DNA of 60,651 bases, the filler included, from Hausera hauseri (lineage: Eukaryota), in the NCBI GenBank assembly GCA_046269625.1. It is 11 parts of 11 records of this genome, joined end to end, with 100 filler letters (N's around TTAATTAATTAA, not from the genome) between each part and the next. Parts side by side here need not be neighbours in the genome. Positions count along the whole stretch, not along the records: positions 50,280 to 54,686 come from JBJURY010596222.1; positions 54,787 to 60,651 come from JBJURY010177527.1; 9 more parts are not named here. The stretch is one strand, 5' to 3'. Below, piece by piece: positions 50,320-60,651 of this stretch. Positions within the stretch are counted from its first letter, which is position 1; every line of letters starts with the position of its first letter. The translations under genes were made by a program, and so were the position numbers. The notes below the pieces were generated by a model that was given only the letters and a program-made list of their open reading frames with translations, did no database searches and was not told the DNA's origin.

Positions 50320-51602
50320 ATCTACCGGAATGTATGTTTTGCAGAGCCATTATCACTGAAGTGTACAGATTGACACCATGCCTACATATGGTCTGTTTAT
50401 TTTGTATAGAACAAGTTCGAATACGAGCCCATCCTACACCATACTGCCCTGTCTGCACATATGAAATTAAATACTGTATTCATCATAGTGCATACCCATC
50501 TGACGCTGACCAATCACTACTAGATGTCCCAACCTTCGATGTCATCGAACCTACAGATCATACTACCTATTACTACACCTGGAATATATCCACCCCTTTT
50601 TCTATTCCGAATTTTCAATTGCACATGTGTTGTTTATGTCAAAAACCTAATAGAATAACCTATCAATTTAGTTGTTGCAATGCCGAGTACTGTGCTCATT
50701 GCTATCAACTAGAATCCCATCATCGATACTTAATCTGCAGCATATGTAACTTTTGCCCCCAATTTATTTACGCATATTTCCACCACCCTAGAAGAGCTCT
50801 CCTTACCATTACTAACACACCAATTCCCCAAATACTTCCGACAAGATACTTCCGGTTAGAACAACAGGCATCAGTTAGAATAGAATTCCCAATTCATAAA
50901 TTTGACCCCTCTATAATAACCAGACTACCACCGATTGTTCTTCAAACACCTTTACCTCACATTAATGTTATGACTCTTTTACGACAACCATCTTCAATAC
51001 CACACCCACGCTATCATCCAGAACAAATTACTAGACCATTACCTGAATTGCCAGTACCAGTACCTACAATAATACCCACACCAGCTATTTCTTATAGCCC
51101 ACCATTACCAATATCTTTACAAGAAGATTGGTTTCCTGTCTACAGCAAATGTCCAATAGACCTTATTTCTGACCTAGCCCCTCCTGACTTATGGGCAACA
51201 CTACAATCTCACTACTATGACCAATTTCCCACCTACGAATGTACTATATGCCTTACCGAAAGAATAACAGTAGTTCAATTTCAATGCAACCACAAATTAT
51301 GTGCAACCTGTTTCAACAAACTTCGATCCCAATCTATCAAATCAATCGATCCGGAAGATGCTTTACAGATGACCTTTCAAAACGGCATTTCTTGTCCATA
51401 TTGCCAACAACCATCAGTATACTACCACTTCTATTACACCTACGACAACCGAACCCAAAGACTATGCCATTGGATGAACCCCGTGAACGATGCGACACTG
51501 ACAGTCAAACCCAGAAACCTCAGTTTCATTGATGCCAGTACTCAGAGTGATCCGGAGGACCGAATCCTTTTCAAAGGGGGGAGAAATGTTGAGACGCTTT
51601 AA
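50320..51602 (+). CDS. Intact triple RING-finger protein in the 3' accessory position of an LTR element
   Basis: RING1 ECMFC..CLHMVCLFC..CPVC, RING2 CCLC..CCNAEYCAHC..CSIC, RING3 CTIC..CNHKLCATC..CPYC. Pro-rich linker; no stops over 422+ codons; acceptor-like ttatatttag ends at 50319. Confidence 0.82.
51573..51586 (+). promoter_or_regulatory. Polypurine tract
   Basis: AAAGGGGGGAGAAA immediately followed by TGT, and preceded by GAGGAC....TTTT. Confidence 0.8.
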
Positions 51603-52653
51603 TTGTTAATTGACAGTGACACTTTAATCGAACTTTTCCTTTAATTGTTAATTGACAGTGACACTTTAATCGAACTTTTCCGACAACCTTTTGACAGTGT
51701 ATACTTTTATGATAAATGACAACAATTCACAACTTTGGAATACAAATATTTCGAAACATGTAAAGCCTCCCTGATAGGCGTTTTTATAAACTGTTGGGTA
51801 CGGATTATGTGTGAACCCTTTTTTCGTGTTACAAACTTAATTAAGAAAATACAAATTCGTATCTAATCGAGTCGACCTTTAAATTAAAATTGAGATTATC
51901 AACGCTTAGTCATACTAAAACGAATTTAATTTAAAAAATCGAAGTACAATCTGGTTAGAAGTCAAAGATCACACTTAGTCAAATTTACTAAAACAAACTT
52001 ACAAATCAAGGTACAACATCTTGGTCGGAGGCTGAAGTTCACCAGACCGACGTTGTTGTGTGAGCCTGAAGTAAATCCGAAAATTGAATTAAAAAAATTA
52101 AAGTTCGCCATTAAAGTTCGTCGAATTGACGTCATTGAATGAATTGGTAAATTAAATTGACGTCATTAAATGGATTTGTAAATTAGATTAACGTCATTGT
52201 ACAAATTCAAACCAAGTATAAATAGGCAAAGTATATCGATACCATAATTATAAACACAAAACAAAACTTTTTAAGTTACGATCTGCGATTGCATCGAGTA
52301 TTTACGAAATTATCCAACTTACGTAGGTAAGTTGTTAGACGTTTGGTTTGTTCATTTTTTCATCTATGTCTCAGTGATAAAGAAACTAGCCTCTACTGTA
52401 TCTAAAGTTCTGGTCAATATAAATTTCTGTCTTTGGACGATTCAAATTAGCATTATTGGGTTAAACAAAAACTATACACTTAGATATAATGGCCGAATCT
52501 CGTGGAAATGATACGATTAATGGACTAAGTAAGCAAATTTGCAATTATTTGTTTATTATTATTCGAATGTCACTGTAATATATTTTGCTATTGTAAACAT
52601 TGTTATACAATAAAAGTTATTTACTAATAAATATTGTTGTCCGGTCTCGATCA
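51587..52653 (+). mobile_element. Putative 3' LTR
   Basis: Starts TGTTGAGAC after the PPT. Contains a 42-bp tandem duplication (51597-51680), CRE repeats, TATAAATA at 52217 and AATAAA at about 52609 and 52626. The end GTCTCGATCA is an imperfect inverse of the start. Confidence 0.62.
52122..52224 (+). promoter_or_regulatory. Three 31-bp repeats with CRE cores, followed by TATA
   Basis: TGACGTCA at 52127 and 52158, TAACGTCA at 52189, TATAAATA at 52217. Confidence 0.7.
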
Positions 52654-55600
52654 GTGGACGTTACATACAGCAAACTTAACGAAATTTAGAAAGAAAGTCG
52701 ATTTACTGGTTGAATGTACACATACCTCGAATGACAGATGAACCGATAAACCGATGACGTCCTGCTGGTGAGAGATATATATATGATCTACTTTGAGTGG
52801 AACGGAGACCGATGGAAACGACCGAATAATGATCATGCATTTCGATGACGGATGATTCGATCAATGACGACGTCTTGCAGATGAAATATACAGATGATTT
52901 ATGATAAAGAATATTGAAGGAAACCCTTCAAGGTCTAATAGTTGATGTTATGGATGATAATGATTCATTAAAAGGGTTCAATAGGAAAATGAGCGTATAT
53001 GTGTGGATTAAGACATCAATTTATTTAACCAAAGGTTTTTTCCTTTTATTTGTTTTTGCGTATTTATTGAATCATAAGACGTTTGAGGATTGTCGTTGAC
53101 AAAGATTCCTTCTCCCTGATGTAATCTGAATCTAAAATTGAAAAGGCGTTGTGGTTGAAGGTTTCGACGATTAGCTGATTAATTGAGTAATCAATGGGCG
53201 TATACCCTGACACTATTGTCCCCATGATAGATTTTTATCTTATATATCAAACAAAACCTTCATGCAAACTTTTAGCAACACGATTTAAGGGTTTGAATAT
53301 ATAATCAGATAACCCCACGATAATGGTTCAATATATAAAAATTTTGAATATTTGTCTTATGAGGTGCTGACTGTCTAATTGTGCACTATATGGATTGATA
53401 CATGGATGTATAAAGAAGGTCAAGGAAAGTATAGCATTTGTTGAGAGTATACCGTGGAACATCGAAATTATGTGTTTAAAGTGATAACGGAATTAGTTTG
53501 TTGTTTGAGACTTGTGTTATGACAGGTAGATTTGGGGTTAAAATCTACGACCCATATGTATGTTTATATGAGAAACGGAGGATTGTCGATCATAATGCTT
53601 TTAACGAAATTAGAGGAAAGTGTAATTTTTCCTTGAATGATTTCATTTATAAAAATAATATCCGTTGAATAACTTAATTTCATTTGACAAGTAATAGTTT
53701 CACCGAATAATTTAATACTGCTTCAAACGATAAATGTAATTTTCTTTGAATGATTCGATTTCATTTAATAATTTAATTCCTTTTGATAAAATGTTAGCTT
53801 CCCTGAATAATTGATTTAACATCATAAAATAATGATTTCACTTATAATTATAAACTATATAAAAATGAATAGTATCAGCTGCTTGTGAATTCCATGTTTT
53901 ATTTAATATAAGATTTTATTTATAGTTGTATGCAAGATTATAATATCATTAAAATACCTTATATCTCTGTATGCGAAATAAAATTGAAGAAAGGTACTAA
54001 TAGTATCAAAGAGATTGATGACGAACAATTAATGGAGAAGTATGGATACGATCATCACAAGGAATTATAGATTGAGAATACCCTATATATTATTTATTAT
54101 TATTAATAACATAAGCTAATCATCGTTGACTTGAAAGCTAAAATATAAAACCAATTTTATCATTATGGACAATATTGAGTCTAACTAATTTCGGGCCAAG
54201 CTTGGTAGAGATATTAACCCTACGTTGGTTTGGTGGATATAGAAGGAATAATATACAGACAGACCCGTCATGAAAGGAGGATATATTGATCATACTCACG
54301 CACCTTTCAGAAGAATGAGACGTAATCTGGGTGTAGATAATTTAGAAGTCGCTAGAATTCAGAAACAAAAAAACAGGATTTCCCAAATAAGGAATGATTC
54401 TATATGTTAGGTATCATTTAAGGTTGACCTTAACAACTTCTATACCATTAACAGACCCAACAATCTAGTACCGACCTCACCACTATTTCTTCGTCTTGTG
54501 AGTTCATCACCGCTAACAATACCAACTTGCTAAAAGTATCCACCATTACTAATAGGTACCTGAAACCCTTTTTCGATGGTAAAAAATGTGCGATATTCAT
54601 GACTATCTAATGAAAAAGCTTGATTTCTTCTCGGGGTAGAAATGTTTCTTTAGTTGCTGTTGTATCTGCCTTCCTTTTTCTGCAAANNNNNNNNNNNNNN
54701 NNNNNNNNNNNNNNNNNNNNNNNNNNNNNNTTAATTAATTAANNNNNNNNNNNNNNNNNNNNNNNNNNNNNNNNNNNNNNNNNNNNTGGCGTCCCTACTC
54801 ACAAAGCCGTACGCCTAGAAATGTGAAGGCACTATCACTTCACACCCACACGGTCTGCAAAGGTTATGGGACTTTACCAGTTACGTTTGTCAGTAACTGT
54901 GTTTACTTCTTCAGCCGTAGCCTGCGTGGTCACATGTTTTTCGTCCACTCTGATCCTGTATTCGCAGGGTATTAAGGAATTACTCCAGGACAGTTTAAAG
55001 GCATAATGTGAAGGACCGAGTACTCAAGTGATGGCTCAGAGGCATAGCTGTTGGGAAGCAAGGTGTTAGGTCTATATTGTTTGTCTTTCAATAAAGAAAA
55101 GGGATAAGATCAGACATTTCTTTGCGCGTTAAGTATAAAATTGAAGTTAGAACTTGACAATCATCACTATGGTCGACTATACCAGTTCTGTTGTAACGGA
55201 TAATTCGTCTAGTACGCCCGGGATGATGCTCATTCCTGACCAGGCTATATATCTTCACCCCGAGCTCTAGCATTCTGGAGTTTAATGCTGAATCTCACTT
55301 GCCAAGGTTCTCGAACCATCTATCTCTCTTGTGTGCATTGACTGAATTAGCTTCATATATATTTGTCCGTCTGAAAGCAACGCTGTTGTGAGAAAAGGGA
55401 CATTTTGTTGAGGATGGTCTTCTAATAAATGGATCTGAAATCAAGTACACGCAGCCAATAGAAGACGGTACGTCAGTGGCGGAGAAATAAGAAGTTGTGA
55501 CTGCGGTCTGTTCTTGATGCAGATAATAAAGCAGTCAGTTAAAGGGGTCTGTACAGTAGTTTCCCACGCATTTTCTTGAAAGTCACAGAAGCAAAACCCC

Positions 55601-56005
55601 TCAAATGTGTTAGCCAGATTCTCTACTCCATCACTCACCCACGCTGAGAAGATATAATACCGCGAATGTGGAGCGACATTTGTGCATAATCAACACTAAG
55701 AAAAATGTAATTCAATATGATCAACAAAAAAGAGAGACGAAAGATTACATTAAAGTCTGACTGCTTGTTGTGTTGTCTTGTATCGGCATTTCCATGGAAA
55801 TGTTAGCGGTAACTTCGTTTCATGTTTATATTTTTGACTGAAAACAGAATGTAACCTATTTAGAACACTATTGTGTGAATATGAGTGTGTGTGTGTTATT
55901 AATCAAATTGTTGTAAAAATAATAATAGAAAAATCTAACTTTATGAGTGGAAATGAATTATAACTAGGATTGAAATTAGAATTATCTAGAAGCTTTTGTT
56001 TAAAC

Positions 56006-56459
56006 TGTTCAATAACGAAATGTGTTTAGCCTTGACTCTGATTGGCTGAAGTCAATTAGTATCATGTATATAAACTGACACTAAAATGACTAAAATTTGA
56101 AATTTTGCCTAACGCCAAGAACAATTCATTACCTACTGACAAGTGTAGCTGTCTAAGACCAGCCTAATAATATTTACAGCCTACTGGCTAGTTGATTTGA
56201 AGTTAATATACACAGCTTACAGGCTAGTTACTTAGAAGTCTTAAATACAAAATACAGCCATATGGTTAGTTTTAAGGAGACAATTTCACTTCTTTCTATT
56301 CTCGATAAAGTTGGATTTTTGTTTGCGCTGATTTACGTTTTCATCCTATTAGTTGTTCTGAACCTATTTGTATTGTTGTATCCAATAAAGTTCTGTTTAG
56401 ATAATTTGGTCTATTTGTGTCAACCCTCAGAATCATTCTAATATTTGGCACCTGAATGA
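56006..56459 (+). mobile_element. Putative 5' LTR plus degenerate tRNA-Lys PBS
   Basis: TGTT start, ATTGG box, TATATAAA, three ACAGC..A..GG.TAGTT repeats, AATAAA near 56384, then TGGCACCTGAATG (compare TGGCGCCCGAACAG). Confidence 0.55.
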
Positions 56460-56749
56460 ATTTAGGAAGGAGGAGTATAATAGTAAACAAATCGATATCA
56501 CAAATCTGGATTTAATTAAATCAGTTCTCGGGCATTTCAGACCGAAGAAATAATATTTCATTCATTTACCAGAATATACTTTTGGTTTCGAAAAGAAACG
56601 AGTCTACGACAAATCAATTTCAGGTCTCGCCTAAAAACAGAAACAAATCATACGTTTATTAACAACACTCGAAATTACTCCAAAAGACTAAATTGTAATT
56701 TGTGTAATAGAAAAATTATAAAAAACGATTTCACACCATACACTATCAT

Positions 56750-59700
56750 AATGTTAATATTGAAAAATTTTATGGATGTCCCGAAAAATTATTTTTATTC
56801 TTTAAAAGTTATAAATTCCGAAGTTCAGCAAATGGTCTAGATGAGAAAGAAATGATTAGATGATTATTGTTGTCCCTAACAGACAGCCGTTGATGCTTAT
56901 AATGATTTAACTGAAGATGAAAAAAGCAAAGCTTTTATCGGTAGATTTACCCTACGTTGTCTCCGCATCAAAAATTAATTAAATTACAAATCCGATACCA
57001 GCAATTCGAAGAAAGTGCAACATAATATGCATATGCTTTAAGATAAATCGTGGCTCAAAATGCTGAAATCGTGTGACTAGATGCAGTAAAGAGAAATATA
57101 GAATTTGGTGAAAAGAAATTAATCACTGATATCCTGTTGCTTACACAATTTTTAAATGCATTAAGCTCTGACTTAAGATATAAAGTGCAGGCAAAATTAC
57201 CTAGCGACTTTGTTGACGCATTGAAAGCAGCACAAATGATAAAGTCATTCAACCCACCAAAGCGACAAAGAAACAGATAGATTTCCCGAAAATGATTCTC
57301 GCAGAAATGATAACCAACGAAGTGATCGCCTAGAAAATGATTACAGATCTTCAGATTCCCGTAGAAATGAGAACAGGCAGAATGACCGAACGGATCAGAA
57401 AAATCGAAAACATATCAATGTAGATTATGATCGAGAGGATTATAAAAACGATACAATAAACCAGATCAAAGAAACTTCCCCGATGTTCAAACCCAAACAC
57501 CAGTAAAGCAAGAAAGTGTAATACAATATGAAAAGAGTAGTTCGCCTCGATTTGAACAGTGTTTGATTCACTCCTGAGACTCAATACCAAAAAGATGGTA
57601 GATAGGATCTGATTAAATGTGGGGTAAATAATCAATTGCTACCGATGAAATAAAACAGGACATTATGCTGGTTCATGTCAAACTCCAGCATACGAATTGC
57701 CAAAACCAACCGAAAAGAAAACAAGTGCTGCAATGTACAAAAATTCAAAACATATGATACTTCAGAAGACTTTTTGAAACAAATTTCTTAATTTGATACA
57801 AGTTATAATTTACATATGTATCAAGGAATTTTTGATGATCTTAATGAAAATGAACCTATAGCGGAACCAACAGAGGCTAAACTTATTACCGCATGAGTAA
57901 TCATTGAAGCTAGAAAGGAAGCTAAAAACAGGCTTTTTCTTGGCAAACCACTATCAGAACTTGATTAGTTTATGCTCGAATGTTTTGCACTTGATCCACA
58001 AGTTGCAGTATGTACGCGTGCGAAAAAGGATTCTGACAAAGAAAAAGCAACGCCACCTAAAGAAGAGAATAAATTCTCAAGTTATAAAATACCGAAAAAG
58101 AATATTGCAATTATTGAAACCTGTCGCTTTAGAAAAGAAGAAAGTTATAATCGAAATGCGTATTAAACTCAGCGAAATAATGGTAACTTATTTATTCAAA
58201 GTTTTAGAAACTAAGTTTTTATGCAAAATATTACTTCGGTTTTCAGTCATAAACCACATATAGTATATCTCGAAGGTAGAATTAATCACTCGTCGATAAA
58301 TTGAGAGATCTCGGTATAAAAAGTACTGAAGAAAACGAAAAGGAGTTAAGAAAAATCCTCAATGAAAGTTATGATATATATCAATGTGTATCCAACGATA
58401 CAGATTTGGACGAGGAATCACACCAAATAGAAGAAGGATTAACTTCAATCTTTAGGAAATACATTGAAAAAGAAATGAATGACGATGAGTATCCTCCTAT
58501 GATACCCCCATTAACCATTGATAAAGCCATAGGAGTAATTACATCTGACGATCGGTTAAGACAACTAAAAGGAATAAAACTGTCACCAGATTGTCCAAAA
58601 GTTGGTAAATAAAGTAAGAAATTAAGAAAATGCTTAATTAATTACTCAGAAGTTATCGAACATGGAAAAACTGAAGTGACTAAAGATATACCCAAAATAA
58701 TCACAACGAAACCAACAATAGTACAAACGATACTACACGGACCGACAAATATGAGAAAAGAAATGACTCGAGTACCAGTAGAGGTTGTTCAAGATACTAT
58801 CAATGATACAACGCATTATGAGACGCAACACAGTCTTTATGAGATGCGAGACAGTTTCGGCGACGACATTAATATCAGGGATTTTAAAGAATATAACTGG
58901 GATATCATCCATCTTGATAAATTGAAAGATAAAGAGATAAAGGAGGACAAAGAGATAAAAAAACCAACTCTACTCGAAAGAATGGTAGCTGTACAATAAT
59001 TCCCAGAAATGATAGACGACTTGTTAATGTCTTATCTTCACAAAGAAGGCAATATCTTAGAGATCAAGGAAGCAGCAAAAGAATTAGCCAAAAAGTAGCA
59101 GACAAATGGACATATAGTGGTACTCCTCGAACATTACTGAAATTATTTGGAAAATATTACTGAAATAATATCGGATTTCTAAACCGAAAAATAATAGTAC
59201 GATCTTGGTTTGAGGACGCCTTCTTCTCTAATCTAGAAGTTGATCTTGACAGTCAAGTCGCCGATATCGAAAAATCAATTAAATCTCAAACGCACAAGCC
59301 TATGACGAACCTTAGAATATTATATTAGGATAGAATTCTGGATTCTGAAGAATTATTAATAAATGTAGAAATGCTTCCGTATACTATACGTTAAGTCGGT
59401 ACATGACCATCAAATGAATTGACGCAAAAAGAAGCCAAACAAAGGATACAAAATGGAGAGAATATAATGACTGTACACCTACTGACCTCTCTGACAGTAT
59501 CATAGAATAGAGAGACTTCCATAATCGTGATGATAAATACATCAAAGGAATGAATTGAGAATTTGATGTTATAGTAGAAGTACGAAAAAAAGAATAATTA
59601 AAGAAATCAAACTCAGTAATCGGGAACCAACAATCAATCGCAAAATAACAAACCATGATCAATTAGAAGAACCGAATTGTGAAGTACTGGATTTGGAAGA

Positions 59701-60520
59701 TTTAACACGTAAAGCAAAGACAAACAATACCTTAAAAAGAAAGAGTGAAATGGATATGCAAACCGAGGAATTGGACAACAATGAAATAATGAAACAATTA
59801 TTGAGCTCTCTTTTTAAAGGGAAAAGACTGAAAATTTGGGTCAATGAGATTATGTTAATAACTATGGCAAATAGGATCTCGGTACCCATCGTCATAGATG
59901 AAGTATTACATGAGAGAACAGTGACAACTCATCAAGAAATTAAATAACGACAGATACATAATTGGGAGTCGACTTGATCGGAAATCATAGCCATTCAATA
60001 TACTAAATTGAAGGATAAGAAGATCCACCTGTTGCCATACAAAGAAATGACGAATATCCCAAAGCTTCGGATCGAAATAAATACTGATAAATTGCCTCAA
60101 TTCAAAGGATTCCTGGTCAACTCTAATCAGGTCATACGGGATATCACAGTGAAAAGTAGTGCATTAAAATTTTCAGTACTTATAGTAATATTAAAAGGTC
60201 AAACAACCTGGATACCAATAAAGGTAACAATCACGGAAGATTCCGTAGAATTGTTAGCTCAGTTATGGATGGATTATCAGTATGATCACCACTTTGTGAA
60301 ATCGCAAAACGTACTAAAGCCTAGAAAACGGGTCTTTAACAAAAGAGTAAAGCAGTTGGAACCGAATTCAGTGGAAAAAATACTCAAAAGAATAAAAGAA
60401 AAGCTACAACAAATAAACGAGAACCCAGCAACTGAAGACGAGAAGACGATGACAAGGGCCCGATTAACCGATACAACTAATGACGATGTGGATACTGATG
60501 ATGTGGATCTGGACGGTTGA
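56750..60520 (+). mobile_element. Decayed Gypsy-like gag followed by about 2.8 kb of unknown coding sequence
   Basis: IEKFYG..AVDAYNDL, LTQFLNAL, knuckle INCYR*NKTGHYAGSC at 57637-57678; then K/E-rich ORF fragments with no protease motif. Confidence 0.65.
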
Positions 60521-60651
60521 TAACCTAACTAAATATGATCGACTTTTGATTACTCTTGACATTCTGCTTATGTGATTATTATTGCTATATTCATCTTCTC
60601 CTTAATGTATTTCTGTCTTATTATTTACCCAGACGCGTTTATAAACTCATT

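Noticed and set aside
6957-54786. Recurrent TTAATTAATTAA palindrome between N runs
   Set aside because: Identical 100-bp artificial linker with stops in all frames, not biological. ORFs containing X runs are artefacts, and adjacency across linkers is meaningless.
54787-55640. Short minus-strand ORFs upstream of the LTR
   Set aside because: No recognisable motif in any frame I read.

Overview
This window is not one locus. It is 11 separate scaffolds joined by artificial 100-bp linkers (44 N + TTAATTAATTAA + 44 N), so gene neighbourhoods only mean something within a segment. The DNA is eukaryotic (metazoan) and repeat-rich, and most coding regions are decayed by stops and frameshifts. It holds two related Polinton/Maverick (adintovirus-like) fragments with protein-primed PolB, dUTPase and a small RING gene; at least six Ty3/Gypsy LTR retrotransposon remnants; Tc1, hATm, LINE and SINE pieces; an intronless KATNIP-DENND4 chimera; a Drosha RNase III fragment; and one teleost-looking segment with a SAMD3-like gene. 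The most striking feature is a Gypsy element at 26381-34678 whose order is Gag, a long unknown region with a ubiquitin-like domain and an AT-hook, an internal signal peptide, a chuvirus/gB-like glycoprotein with a TM segment, protease, then RT. Env therefore sits between gag and pol, apparently in one polyprotein. Ubiquitin-system modules recur across the mobile elements: a UBL ending in RIRGG fused in front of a Gag (38447-38656), a triple-RING ORF just before a PPT/3' LTR (50320-51602), and a RING gene in a Polinton. All family assignments come from motif recognition by eye; no searches were run.
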